A stretch of 64,000 bases of DNA from positions 288,001 to 352,000 of the forward strand of contig CAVPQB010000006.1 of NCBI GenBank assembly GCA_963707505.1. Reading direction: 5' to 3'. The notes under the pieces were generated by a model. That model searched no databases. It saw only the letters and a list, made by a program, of their open reading frames with translations, and was not told where the DNA came from. Below, piece by piece: positions 1-10,402 of the stretch; positions within the stretch are counted from its first letter, which is position 1; the number at the start of each line of letters is the position of its first letter. Source of the stretch: an uncultured Gemmatimonadales bacterium. Lineage in GTDB: Bacteria > Gemmatimonadota > Gemmatimonadetes > Gemmatimonadales > Gemmatimonadaceae. The translations under genes were made by a program, and so were the position numbers.

Positions 1-93
1 TCCTCCCGCGGCCTGTGCAGCAGACTCCCCCGATATAGCGGCTAGCGCTACCACCATGCACGTGACAGAAGATCTTACATACCGAGCCACCAT
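1..93 (-). CDS. 5' end of an exported protein (signal peptide), truncated by the window edge
   Basis: Manual translation MVARYVRSSVTCMVVALAAISGESAAQAAGG has a basic N-region, hydrophobic core and AxA-like site; frame is open to the edge. Confidence 0.55.
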   Translation of the reverse strand, partial: MVARYVRSSVTCMVVALAAISGESAAQAAGG

Positions 94-171
94 ATTCGAC
101 GAGCCGATCAGACGCAAAAGCTCATTCCCCCGCTTGACATGACCAGTCCACACTGAAAGCGCTATCGACCT

Positions 172-1644
172 GTGAGTCGTAATTTGAAGCCCATGATCAC
201 CATAGTACATGACCCATCTGAAACAGAAGAGCCGGGTGTGGCTCTCGTACTAGATCAGGCTCCTGCAAGAGAGCGCTGGAGCTGGGCGCTGTACGAGTTC
301 GCAAACACAATCTTCTCGATGAACATCGCGACTCTGTACTTCGCGGTGTGGTTGGTATCCGATCTTCACGGCTCGAATACCGACGTAGCCGTCGGAAATG
401 GAATCGCCTCTGTGCTGGTGATGTTGTCCATACCGGTCCTCGGCGCGATTTCTGACGTAACGCGACGACGTAAGCCATGGGTCGTCGGATTCACGCTTAT
501 CGCCGTGCTCGCGACAGTTGCTATCGGAGCGATCGGTCAATACCTGATACCTCTCGTTGGGGACTCCGTGCTGAACCCAACTGCCGCTACCGGATTTGAA
601 ATAGGCGGGCTTCCGTTGATTTTCGTGATCGCTGCATTCGTAATCGCGAATTACGCATATCAGGGCGCGCTTCCATTCTACAATGCAATGCTCCCCGAGC
701 TCGCTCCACCCAACAAGTGGGGACGTCTCTCCGGACTCGGCGCGATTCTTGGATACACCGGATCGATCCTGGGCGTACTCATGATCAAGCCGTTTTTCGA
801 CGGTTCACTTCCGCTGCTCGGACAGATCCCGAGTACGCTCATGCACGCCCTGCGGACGGTGTTCCCGCTCGCCGGATCGGGCGGCCGTGTCGCGACATTT
901 GCGCCAACCGCATTGCTGTATCTCGTGTTCAGTATCCCGTTGTTCGTATTCTGCCGGGATCACTTTCCGGCACGCACGCGTCAGACCATACCGTGGCGAC
1001 AGGCGTTCCACGATGTGGCAAATACGATTCGCGAATCACGCAAGTATCCCGGTGTTCTCAGGTTTATCATCGCCTCGTTCGTATATCAGGACGCGATGGG
1101 AACGATCATCAGCTTCATGGCGTTGTACGCCGTGGTGGCGATGGGATTCAAGAGTGGTAGTGAGACAACGCTATTTGTCGTGCTCACAATCCCTGCTGTA
1201 TTCGGGGCATGGTTGTGGGGAAGACTCACCGATCGCATCGGACCAAGGAATACGCTGATGATCGTGCTCTGCGCCTGGGTCGTGCTCCTCGTTGCGATGA
1301 TCGCTGCGCCATCACGCCAGGCGTTCTGGATAGTTGGTGCAATGATAGGCTTTATCTATGGTGGAGTGAACGTCGCCGAGCGCCCGATGCTGCTGCGGCT
1401 GATCCCTGACGAAGAGGCGGGACGGTTCTTCGGACTCATGGTACTATCGGCGCGGGCAGCCGCGATTGTTGGGCCGCTGGTTTGGGCGCTGGCCGTTGAC
1501 GGACTCACGCCGAGTTTCGGCAAGGGCGTCGCATACCGCGCTGGGGTCGCGACAGTAGCCATCGCGATGTGTGTCGCGCTGCTTATCATGCGTGGTGTGC
1601 CGGACAACTTTCCAGCAACAGGGAAGCCATCCGGCTTGCTATAA
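172..1644 (+). CDS. MFS transporter, UMF1/Atg22-like family
   Basis: SWALYEFANT N-terminal motif, GAISDxxxRRK and GRLTDRIGPR MFS loops, about 12 TM segments. Confidence 0.85.
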   Translation: MSRNLKPMITIVHDPSETEEPGVALVLDQAPARERWSWALYEFANTIFSMNIATLYFAVWLVSDLHGSNTDVAVGNGIASVLVMLSIPVLGAISDVTRRRKPWVVGFTLIAVLATVAIGAIGQYLIPLVGDSVLNPTAATGFEIGGLPLIFVIAAFVIANYAYQGALPFYNAMLPELAPPNKWGRLSGLGAILGYTGSILGVLMIKPFFDGSLPLLGQIPSTLMHALRTVFPLAGSGGRVATFAPTALLYLVFSIPLFVFCRDHFPARTRQTIPWRQAFHDVANTIRESRKYPGVLRFIIASFVYQDAMGTIISFMALYAVVAMGFKSGSETTLFVVLTIPAVFGAWLWGRLTDRIGPRNTLMIVLCAWVVLLVAMIAAPSRQAFWIVGAMIGFIYGGVNVAERPMLLRLIPDEEAGRFFGLMVLSARAAAIVGPLVWALAVDGLTPSFGKGVAYRAGVATVAIAMCVALLIMRGVPDNFPATGKPSGLL

Positions 1645-1653
1645 CCGACTGGA

Positions 1654-2595
1654 ATGATTCAACGATTGGCACGCTGGCTCAGCGGAATTGGCTTGCACTG
1701 GTTCTACAGCGAGATACGCATCACCGGATTGGACCGTATCCCGTTGGACGGGCCTATCCTGGTGGCAATGAATCACCAGAACGCATTGGTCGATGCCATG
1801 CTGGCGCTTGAGATCGTTCCGCGGGAACTACGCATCACCGCGAAGGCTACACTGGGTGACAGCCTCGCCGGTGCAGCCTTGATGAAGGCAGCTGACATCG
1901 TTCCTCTGAGCCGCGCTTCCGACAAAGCCGTTGCGCAAGACCCACTTCGTAATCGCCGCTCTTTCGAGGCAATCATCGAGGAGTTGCGAGTTGGTGGAGC
2001 GGTGCTCGTATTTCCAGAAGGAAAGAGTCATAATGATCCGGAGCTTGCGCCGTTAAGAACCGGGCTCGCACGCGCCGCATTGCGAGCGCGTGAGGCAAGC
2101 GTGCATGGCATTCGGATAATCCCGATCGGAACCACATTTGCCGAAAAGGCTGAGCCGGATACAATCATGTCTGTGCAGATCGGCGAGCCAATATTGATGG
2201 ATGATTGGCCGGATGACGATGCACATCGGCTTACCGACGCCATCGCTACCAGGCTTCGGGTGATTTCATTTACCGGAGATGTAAGCCCACCGAACGGCCC
2301 CATGGAAACCCATCGACATATCCTGATACGTACCGCAGCCTGGTGGGGACGAGTGATGCACGAGATCCCACTCCGCATGGCGCGCCGACAGGCGATAAGA
2401 CTCAGCACCGACGTCGGTGAGACTGCGATGTACACCATGACTTTCGGGCTCGCTGCAATCCTGGTGTCTTACGCGATCGAAGTCCCGATCATCTGGGCGC
2501 TGCTCGGCAGAATCGTCGCGCTCTTGTTTCTCGTATCACTCGTTACCGGCGCATACTGGGCCGCGTACACGGAGCACTTTCCAAAACGATCCTGA
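1654..2595 (+). CDS. PlsC-family lysophospholipid acyltransferase
   Basis: NHQNALVD (HX4D) and FPEG motifs; C-terminal TM helices. Confidence 0.85.
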   Translation: MIQRLARWLSGIGLHWFYSEIRITGLDRIPLDGPILVAMNHQNALVDAMLALEIVPRELRITAKATLGDSLAGAALMKAADIVPLSRASDKAVAQDPLRNRRSFEAIIEELRVGGAVLVFPEGKSHNDPELAPLRTGLARAALRAREASVHGIRIIPIGTTFAEKAEPDTIMSVQIGEPILMDDWPDDDAHRLTDAIATRLRVISFTGDVSPPNGPMETHRHILIRTAAWWGRVMHEIPLRMARRQAIRLSTDVGETAMYTMTFGLAAILVSYAIEVPIIWALLGRIVALLFLVSLVTGAYWAAYTEHFPKRS

Positions 2596-2617
2596 GCACG
2601 AGCAATGCTTGCTCGAC

Positions 2618-5428
2618 TCACATCTTGGTATCGAGCCAGTTGTGGCCAATTCCGACGTCCACGACCAATGGTACCGAAAGCTCGGCGGCGTGCTCCATCT
2701 GGTAGACAACTACTTCACGCACATGATCAAGCTCCGATGGCTCGACATCGAAGACGAGCTCATCGTGCACCTGTAGCAGCATCCGGCTTTCAAAACCCCG
2801 TTCGCGAAATGAGTCATCGACACGAATCATCGCGATCTTGATCAGATCGGCGGCAGAACCCTGGATCGGAGAATTTGCCGCCGTGCGCTCGCCAAACGCA
2901 CGCATGTTGAAGTTCCGCTCTCGTAACTCGGGAATGTACCGGCGACGGTTGAAGATCGTCTGCACGTATCCGTGCTCACGCGCGAACTCTACCATCGAGT
3001 CGAGATATCTCTTGACGCCCTCGAACCGTTCGAAGTATCTCGCTATGAAATCCCGCGCCTCAGCGTGAGTAATACCGAGTTGCCTGGAAAGCGCATGCGG
3101 TCCCTGACCGTAGATCGTCGCGAAGTTGATGGTCTTCGCACGACCGCGCATTTCGGATGTAACCAACTCGAGCGGTACGTCGAAGATGATCGACGCGGTC
3201 TGCCTGTGAATATCACCACCGGCGTTGAACGCGTCGACGAAATTGCTGTCACGTGACAGATGTGCGAGTAATCGCAGTTCGATCTGTGAGTAATCGGCAG
3301 CGAGGAGCGTCCATCCGGCCCGCGGGACGAAACCACGCCGGATGTCCCTGCCAAGCTCTCTGCGAATCGGAATGTTCTGAAGATTCGGATCGCTCGAAGA
3401 CAGCCTGCCCGTGCTGGCCACCGTCTGATTGAACGATGTATGAACCCTTCCGTCTTTCGGATTTGCCGAGCGAGGCAGAGTGTCCAGATACGTGCTCTCC
3501 AGTTTGGCGAGCTCGCGGTATTCCATCAACAACGAAGGAAGTCGATGGCCTTCCTCAGCGAGCTCCTGCAAGACGCTCGCATCGGTGGATGGGCCGGTCG
3601 ACGTTTTCTTCAACACCGGAAGCTTCAGTCGATTGAACAGGATTTCACGCAACTGCACGTTGGATCCGATGTTGAACTCCTCACCGGCTTCCCTGTAGAT
3701 CTGCAGCTGCACCTGTTCCCGTTCACGTTGAAACCGTTCCTTCAATGTCGCGAACCGTTGCGTATCGATTGCAATGCCATTCCATTCCATCTCGGCGAGA
3801 ACGCTGATAAGTGGCATCTCCACCTCTTTGAAGAGAGGAGTGAGCTCATGGGCGTCGAGTTGTGGTTCGAAATGCTGGCGCATCCGCAACGTCATGTCCA
3901 CGTCCTCGCACGAATAATCACGAGCGACGTCCAGCGATACCTGGTCGAAGGTGATCTCTGATTTTCCCTTGCCACACACATCGACGTACGACGTCATCGT
4001 GTGATCCAGGAATTCGAGCGCTAACATGTCGAGAGAATGCGACCGACGACTTGGGTCCAGAACGTAACTGGCGATCATCGTGTCAAACTCGACGCCACGA
4101 AGAACGACGCCCTCACTACGAAGGACGAGCATGTCATACTTCGCGTTCTGAAGCGTCTTTGGAACGGACTCGTCCTCCAGCAAATCCCGGAGCGGTTTCA
4201 TTGCGTCCGACATGAGCGCCGGAAGGTTCTTCACGTTCGCTACCGGTGCGATCGCTGTGGTGAGCAGCTCTCCTTGATGACTGGTAGCGTCCGTATGCGC
4301 GAACGGAAAATAGTATGCCTCTCCCGGCGCTACCGCTACGGATATCGAAACGAGATGCGATCTGAGCGGATCGACCTTAGATGGCGATCCTGGATCGATG
4401 GTCGTTTCCGTATCGACCGCGATCGTCCGCGCCTTGCGCGCTTTACGTACGACGCGCTCAACTTCAGCCACAGTTTCTACCGTACGGTACTTTGCCGATT
4501 CGGTGACCTTTGGCGTCTCGACAGCGCCAGCGGCTTCCTTGGCGAACGTATGAAACTCCAGCTCGACATATAGTTGCGCCAGAGCTGCATTGTCCGGCGA
4601 GCCGACCTTCAGTGCGTCGAGATCGAATTCAACCGGAAGGTCGTCACGAATCGTGACAAGTTCCTTCGATAGACGCGCGTTCTCGGCATGTTCAAGAAGA
4701 GCTTCGCGTGGTCGCTTCTTCGTGATTTCCGAGGCGTGCGCAAGAATTTCCTCGAGGTGACCATAGGTACCCACCAATTCACACGCCGTCTTGTCACCGA
4801 TTCCTTTCACGCCCGGCACGTTGTCGGACGAATCACCAACAAGAGATAGATAGTCCGTGACGAAACTCGGCGGTACACCGAGCCTCTCGGCGCCATTCTC
4901 CACGCCTACCCAGTGCTCTTCGACGCTCGCCGGACCACCACGCCCGGGATTCAATAACCACACCCCTGGACGCACGAGCTGCTGAAAATCCTTATCTCCT
5001 GATATGACAACAACGTTGACGCCGGCGTCCACAGATTTCTTCACCAACGTTCCGATTACGTCGTCGGCTTCATAACCTTCCAGCGCTAGAATCGGAATTC
5101 CGTACGCCGTGAGGAGCGAGCTGACTCGCTCCATACCGCGATCGAAGTCCGACTGCAGCTCCTCGGTCAGCTTCTCACGCGTTGCCTTGTAGGCAGGGTA
5201 CCGTTCGTGACGGAATGACAGACCCGAATCATGCACCCACCCCAGATATTCGGGACGGTGTGAATTCAGCAGCCTTTGAAGAAAGTTTGCAATTCCCCAC
5301 GCTGCAGACGTGTTCTCCCCACGGCTCGTGGTGAGAGGACGCGATATCAAAGCAAAGAAGGCGCGGTAGATCAGCGCGTAGCCATCGACCAGAAATAGTC
5401 TTGGTGATTGTGGTAGCTCTACGTCCAT
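2618..5428 (-). CDS. polA: DNA polymerase I
   Basis: 5'-3' exonuclease (LVDG, EADDVIGTL), intact 3'-5' exonuclease (DTET, NAKYD, YSCED), polymerase motifs ADYSQIELR, KTINFATIYG, QVHDEL. Confidence 0.99.
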   Translation of the reverse strand: MDVELPQSPRLFLVDGYALIYRAFFALISRPLTTSRGENTSAAWGIANFLQRLLNSHRPEYLGWVHDSGLSFRHERYPAYKATREKLTEELQSDFDRGMERVSSLLTAYGIPILALEGYEADDVIGTLVKKSVDAGVNVVVISGDKDFQQLVRPGVWLLNPGRGGPASVEEHWVGVENGAERLGVPPSFVTDYLSLVGDSSDNVPGVKGIGDKTACELVGTYGHLEEILAHASEITKKRPREALLEHAENARLSKELVTIRDDLPVEFDLDALKVGSPDNAALAQLYVELEFHTFAKEAAGAVETPKVTESAKYRTVETVAEVERVVRKARKARTIAVDTETTIDPGSPSKVDPLRSHLVSISVAVAPGEAYYFPFAHTDATSHQGELLTTAIAPVANVKNLPALMSDAMKPLRDLLEDESVPKTLQNAKYDMLVLRSEGVVLRGVEFDTMIASYVLDPSRRSHSLDMLALEFLDHTMTSYVDVCGKGKSEITFDQVSLDVARDYSCEDVDMTLRMRQHFEPQLDAHELTPLFKEVEMPLISVLAEMEWNGIAIDTQRFATLKERFQREREQVQLQIYREAGEEFNIGSNVQLREILFNRLKLPVLKKTSTGPSTDASVLQELAEEGHRLPSLLMEYRELAKLESTYLDTLPRSANPKDGRVHTSFNQTVASTGRLSSSDPNLQNIPIRRELGRDIRRGFVPRAGWTLLAADYSQIELRLLAHLSRDSNFVDAFNAGGDIHRQTASIIFDVPLELVTSEMRGRAKTINFATIYGQGPHALSRQLGITHAEARDFIARYFERFEGVKRYLDSMVEFAREHGYVQTIFNRRRYIPELRERNFNMRAFGERTAANSPIQGSAADLIKIAMIRVDDSFRERGFESRMLLQVHDELVFDVEPSELDHVREVVVYQMEHAAELSVPLVVDVGIGHNWLDTKM

Positions 5429-6847
5429 TTATCTGTTGGTCATGCGCGCGAGTAATGATTGGAACACCGCCATGCTCGGTCGTGTGAGGCGCCACTGGCG
5501 GGTGTCGTTGGGATCGTAGAATATGATCCGTGTCTGGTACTGGCTGTACTCCCACACGAGAATCCGCACGCGTGTCGACAGCTGATTCACCACTCCTATG
5601 TCTCCCATGTACATCGACCCGTAATCCTCGTACGAGTTCGTCGGTGCACCGAGGCTCACGAACACCATGCCGCGATCCGACAACCATCCGCGTGGCGTAT
5701 CGGTGATGAAAGTCGCATTGGCATCGCGAATCCTGCCGAAATAGTCATCCAGTGCTTCGTTCTGTGGCGTCGACGGGTTTGGATCTGTTGCGTGCAGAAA
5801 CGCGGTCCATCGTGCGCCACGTTCTTCTGGCTTCGCGTCGTACAGCGGTTTCAGTTTGTCCGGAGTGCTGAAGAAACGCAGATACCCCAACATGTCCTTG
5901 AACGACAACACCGGAAGATCGGGACCGAAGCCGACGAACATCCGCGTACCGATGGTGTCGGGCGATCCAGGCAGCGTTGCGACGATGGTTCCGATGCCCA
6001 CGTCAGCATGAACGAGCGGAACGGTTACGATGCCCGATGCGAGGCCAGCACCTCGCGCTGAAAGCGTTCTGCTTCCTTGCCAGGCAACCTTACCGTCCGG
6101 AGTACGAACCTCCATGGATACCGGACCGGCTGTGCCGTATGACTCCAGGTATACTGCCGCCGAGTCATCGACGCCAAACAGGTAGGACGCACGTGGCGCG
6201 GGAAGATAGGATGGCACCGAGTCCAGGTTCTGCCGTGACTTTGCCTCGTATATCGGTTCGAGAGTGGACAGTGCTGGGGACGACAGTTTCGGAACTGCGA
6301 TTGACTGGCGTTGGCTCGCACCACGTGGGCCGCTTCCGTCTCGCACCGCGTAGGTCACCGCATACCTACCGGGAACCAGACGGAATGCTCTACGATATAT
6401 CACGCTCTCGTCAGTCCGGGACGTTTCCCTGAACGTCGGCACACGCACCGACTCGCTGTCCTGCGACTGTGCTGCCATACCAGCGCCATTTTCCACGGAG
6501 AGATCCACAGCATAGCTGGCTGAGTAGCCATCGGGATCCTTTCTGAAGGACAGGCCCTTATTCGGCAACGACATTCCAACGACAACAAGCGTAGTGTCGG
6601 GCGACTTGGTGGCGAAGTAGGCAACGTCACCGACAAAGAAGATCGGGGGACCCGATGCGGCGAGTCCCATCCTGCCATAGATGGTAGCAAATACCCCACT
6701 ATCCCCAGCCGTCGAGGCACGGTTTGGGTCGTAGCTCTGCAGAGGATCTCTACGGCCGGATCCAGGACCAGCCGCGTTACCCGAGGCACACGCCGCTAGA
6801 AATACCACCGCGCCAAGTTTGAGCCATCTGAGCGACATCACTGTCAT
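5429..6847 (-). CDS. GWxTD-domain lipoprotein
   Basis: Lipobox FLAAC; GWLSDRGMVFVSLGAP motif; stop codon abuts the polA start. Confidence 0.8.
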   Translation of the reverse strand: MTVMSLRWLKLGAVVFLAACASGNAAGPGSGRRDPLQSYDPNRASTAGDSGVFATIYGRMGLAASGPPIFFVGDVAYFATKSPDTTLVVVGMSLPNKGLSFRKDPDGYSASYAVDLSVENGAGMAAQSQDSESVRVPTFRETSRTDESVIYRRAFRLVPGRYAVTYAVRDGSGPRGASQRQSIAVPKLSSPALSTLEPIYEAKSRQNLDSVPSYLPAPRASYLFGVDDSAAVYLESYGTAGPVSMEVRTPDGKVAWQGSRTLSARGAGLASGIVTVPLVHADVGIGTIVATLPGSPDTIGTRMFVGFGPDLPVLSFKDMLGYLRFFSTPDKLKPLYDAKPEERGARWTAFLHATDPNPSTPQNEALDDYFGRIRDANATFITDTPRGWLSDRGMVFVSLGAPTNSYEDYGSMYMGDIGVVNQLSTRVRILVWEYSQYQTRIIFYDPNDTRQWRLTRPSMAVFQSLLARMTNR

Positions 6848-6953
6848 GCACTGGTCCGTGGGTGTAAGGGCAGCGAAGGCATCGCACGGTCATTACGTAT
6901 TATATAGCCTCCTGCCCCTGTCCCTGCCGCCCAATTCGCATTAGGTTCGCCGA

Positions 6954-7871
6954 GTGCCACGAGAAAATCTGGTGGGAACGACGGTCGCCGGGTATGCGAT
7001 CGACCGAGAGGTTGGTGAGGGCGGTACGTCCGCCGTTTACGAAGCGCATCACTCCGAGCATGGGCGCGTAGCGCTCAAGGTGCTACGTGAGCGGCTGCGA
7101 CAGGATCCTACTGCCGTCACGCGGTTCATCCGCGAAGCCAAGTTCGGTGCCCGCGTAGAACACAGCAACGTTGTCCGCACAATCGAAACAGGCGAAGCCG
7201 AAGGCGGAATTCCATTTCTCGCCATCGAATGGGCCGCCGGCGAGCTCCTCGAAAGATACGCCAAAACAAAGGGCCACCTCGATCCAGCTGAGGCGTCGGT
7301 AATCACTGTTCAGATCGCCGCTGCCGTTGATGCCGCACATTGCCAGAACATAGTGCATCGTGATCTGAAGCCTGACAATGTCATGTACGACCCGGAAACT
7401 CGCACAGTCAAGCTGCTCGACTTCGGAATCGCGACTGACACGAATACACCGGCCGACGAGCGCCTGACACGAGCTGGTTTCTTCGTGGGAACGCTGATGT
7501 ATGTGGCCCCGGAAGCATTGTCTGGTGAATTGGTCACACCAGCTGCAGATCAGTATTCTCTAGCCACCATCGCGTACTTCCTGCTCACAGGCTGCCACCC
7601 CTATACCGCCAAACAGCCACGGGAAATGTTCACTCAGCTCCTCACGATGCCGCCAATTCCACTCAGTCAGGCAAATGAGGATCTACAGTTCCGCCCGGAA
7701 GTCGAGGAAGTCGTAATGCGCGGTCTCTCTCGACAACCCAAGGACCGCTATCCGAGCGTCATGGAGTTCGCCATCGAGCTGGAGCGAACACTTGCCCTGC
7801 CGGTCGAAGAGAAGAGCAAACTATCCAGGTTACTGCGCCGCTTCTCCAGGCAGCCAGACCGTAAACGTTGA
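6954..7871 (+). CDS. Hanks-type Ser/Thr protein kinase (soluble, kinase domain only)
   Basis: GEGGTSAV, VALK, HRDLKPDN, DFG, APE motifs. Confidence 0.95.
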   Translation: MPRENLVGTTVAGYAIDREVGEGGTSAVYEAHHSEHGRVALKVLRERLRQDPTAVTRFIREAKFGARVEHSNVVRTIETGEAEGGIPFLAIEWAAGELLERYAKTKGHLDPAEASVITVQIAAAVDAAHCQNIVHRDLKPDNVMYDPETRTVKLLDFGIATDTNTPADERLTRAGFFVGTLMYVAPEALSGELVTPAADQYSLATIAYFLLTGCHPYTAKQPREMFTQLLTMPPIPLSQANEDLQFRPEVEEVVMRGLSRQPKDRYPSVMEFAIELERTLALPVEEKSKLSRLLRRFSRQPDRKR

Positions 7872-8750
7872 GCCCTTCCCAAGCTCGCTCTCTACTGTAA
7901 CGTCGCCGCCCAATAGCCGTGCGAGCCGCCGTGATATCGGCAGACCGAGTCCGGTTCCACGATTCATCGAATCACCACGCGGTCCAGCGTTGATCTGCTC
8001 GAACTCTTCGAATATTCGCGCCTGATCATTTTTCCCGATTCCAATTCCGGTATCCGACACCAGAATTGCAACCCATGGACGCGCGGTTGTAACAGATGCA
8101 TCCTGAACCGGCTTAACAGTTGCTGGAATGGATGTGTCGGAAGCCGGAATGATTCTAGTACGCACACTTATCGTTCCCGTATGTGTGTACTTCACGGCAT
8201 TTCCCAACAGATTCAGAATGATCTGACGTAGATGAGTCGGATCGGTCCGAACCCGCGGAAGCACCGAGCTCAGCGCGAGAGATAGATAGAGACTCTTCTC
8301 CGAAACCAGTGGCTCGACCTCGCTCGCAACGTCGAGGATGAACGGCCGCAGATCGATTGGCTCGGAATGAACTTCCAGTCGTCCGGCAGCTATCTTGGCA
8401 AGATCGAGTATCTGGTCAACCAGATGTCGGAGGTGGCTGGCAGACGCCTCGATTCGCTGAACTGGCCCAGCTTGCTTCGGCGTCAACTCCCCATACACAC
8501 CTTCACGCAGCAGGTCCACAAACCCTACTATCGCGTTTAGCGGCGTGCGCAATTCGTGGGATACATTCGCGAGAAACTCACTTTTCATCTTGTTGACGCG
8601 AATCAACTCGGTCGACAGATGCTCGAGCTCTCGGGAGCGCTCCTGAAGCCTGTGCGCCTGGGTACGAAAACGGCGAACAACGAGGACAAAAACGATTGCC
8701 CCGACACCGACGAGCACCCAGCCCAGGCCTGCCGGAATATTATCTAACAC
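7830..8750 (-). CDS. Sensor histidine kinase (single TM, HisKA + HATPase)
   Basis: SHELRTPL H-box, NLLGNAVK, DTGIG, GTGLGL. Confidence 0.95.
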   Translation of the reverse strand: MLDNIPAGLGWVLVGVGAIVFVLVVRRFRTQAHRLQERSRELEHLSTELIRVNKMKSEFLANVSHELRTPLNAIVGFVDLLREGVYGELTPKQAGPVQRIEASASHLRHLVDQILDLAKIAAGRLEVHSEPIDLRPFILDVASEVEPLVSEKSLYLSLALSSVLPRVRTDPTHLRQIILNLLGNAVKYTHTGTISVRTRIIPASDTSIPATVKPVQDASVTTARPWVAILVSDTGIGIGKNDQARIFEEFEQINAGPRGDSMNRGTGLGLPISRRLARLLGGDVTVESELGKGSTFTVWLPGEAAQ

Positions 8751-8798
8751 TGATCAAGCACTGAAGAATCCAAGAGGAGTTCTGTATATTCTTCGCGC

Positions 8799-9356
8799 AT
8801 GACGAAGCATGACGAACTGGTAGAGCTCCTCGCCACGCGATCTGCACGCCTTGGAGAATTTACACTCGCGTCCGGCGCTCGCTCCGATCTCTACATAGAT
8901 GCTCGAATGACTGCGATGAGCCCGGAAGGCCTCGCACTTATTGGCCCCCTGGGAATTGACGAGATCACGAGTGCTGGCTGGACGCCGGATTCCGTCGGTG
9001 GCCTCACACTTGGCGCCGATCCCGTCTCGTACGCCATTGCATATGCGAGCGCCCTGGCCGGCAAACCGATTCGCGCATTCACAGTGCGGAAGGAAGCCAA
9101 GACACACGGAACCGGCAAGCTGATCGAAGGTCCATTCCTGCAATCCGATCGCGTAGTCGTGATCGAAGACGTCATCACGACCGGTGGCTCGGCGCTCAAG
9201 GCGATAGAAGCCGTCAGGAACGCCGGAGCCATGGTCATCGGGGTGTTATCACTCGTAGACCGCGAGGAGGGCGGCCGCGAGCGTATAGAAGCCGCTGGCT
9301 ACCACGTTCGATCCCTTGCCAGGGCGGCCGAAATCGTCACAAGAATGCGCAGCTGA
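8799..9356 (+). CDS. pyrE: Orotate phosphoribosyltransferase
   Basis: FTLASG, RKEAKTHG, VIEDVITTGGS PRPP-binding motif. Confidence 0.95.
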   Translation: MTKHDELVELLATRSARLGEFTLASGARSDLYIDARMTAMSPEGLALIGPLGIDEITSAGWTPDSVGGLTLGADPVSYAIAYASALAGKPIRAFTVRKEAKTHGTGKLIEGPFLQSDRVVVIEDVITTGGSALKAIEAVRNAGAMVIGVLSLVDREEGGRERIEAAGYHVRSLARAAEIVTRMRS

Positions 9357-9372
9357 TGATCGGCAGCAGTAA

Positions 9373-10266
9373 CTAGGCGCACTTGGATATCCATCCCGGC
9401 TGGGCAGTCACAGGCCGAAATGACCGCAGTGTTGCTACGTGTGGAAGGATCAGCTCCTCCCTGAATTTGCGTAGCATTCTCTCGCCGTCGTATGCTTCAC
9501 GAAACCGCACAGGTGACATGCCGAGCACGCAGCGTACGTGTCTGCTGAATGCCTGGGGAGATGAGTAATCCAGCTTTCGCGCCACGCTTGTAACGGAAAG
9601 TCCAGCGTTCTCGAGTAGTCGCGCCGCTCGCACCAGACGTCCAACGTCGATGTAGCGCTTGGGTGACGGCAGGTTCGCGCGATAGAACCGACTCATCAAC
9701 GTCCCAGGAACAACGTTGAGGTAGCGTCCCATCTGACGGACATTTGCAATGTAGGGCTTGTGGGTGAACAGAAGTTCAAAAAACTTCCAGCAATCAGGCG
9801 CTACTCCAGCAAGATCGAGGTTCAGTGCGCCCAACATCTGGCGTTGTACGTCAGTCGATCGCTCATGGGTCAGGAGATCCCGTAAAGCCGACCACCCAGC
9901 CGGTGAGCGTGCGTCGATCAGGGTCCGCACACCGACCCGACCCAGCTCGAGAACCGAATGCGGAGTCGAGCGCTGCACATCAGTAAGAAGCGCGAATGTC
10001 GGTACAGTCGGAAACTCCCTCACCATTGCCGCCATCCGCGCCGTACTTCCGGTATCGTACCTCGCGACCGACAGAATTACAGCATCTACCTCTTGTGACC
10101 GGACATCGTCGGCCAGTTCATCGACCGAGCCGCGATGCAAGACCTCGAAGGCTCCCTCGGAAGCGACATCCACCCTGATTCGTTCCAACGGTGTAAGCAC
10201 CGTCGCAATTATCGGCGCTCGGGTAGCGACAGACGGGACATGTGTGCGTGGCTTTTCAGACGACAT
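9373..10266 (-). CDS. AraC-family HTH regulator with receiver-like N-terminal domain
   Basis: C-terminal AARLLENxxLSVTSVARKLDYSSPQAFSRH AraC signature; start moved to ATG 10266 because of a GAGGA SD. Confidence 0.85.
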   Translation of the reverse strand: MSSEKPRTHVPSVATRAPIIATVLTPLERIRVDVASEGAFEVLHRGSVDELADDVRSQEVDAVILSVARYDTGSTARMAAMVREFPTVPTFALLTDVQRSTPHSVLELGRVGVRTLIDARSPAGWSALRDLLTHERSTDVQRQMLGALNLDLAGVAPDCWKFFELLFTHKPYIANVRQMGRYLNVVPGTLMSRFYRANLPSPKRYIDVGRLVRAARLLENAGLSVTSVARKLDYSSPQAFSRHVRCVLGMSPVRFREAYDGERMLRKFREELILPHVATLRSFRPVTAQPGWISKCA

Positions 10267-10402
10267 TGACGCATCCTCGGGATGATGTAAACGGAGCGGA
10301 TGTTCGCTCGCGAGCACGATCATATAGCAGCACATCATCACGACATCATCGTTGCATCACCGCTGGATCATCACACGGCATTCAATGAGTCCGTTAGATT
10401 CA

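Noticed and set aside
7830..7871. 42-bp convergent overlap of the Ser/Thr kinase and His kinase genes as a functional link
   Set aside because: Short 3' overlaps are common in compact GC-rich genomes; no other evidence of coupling
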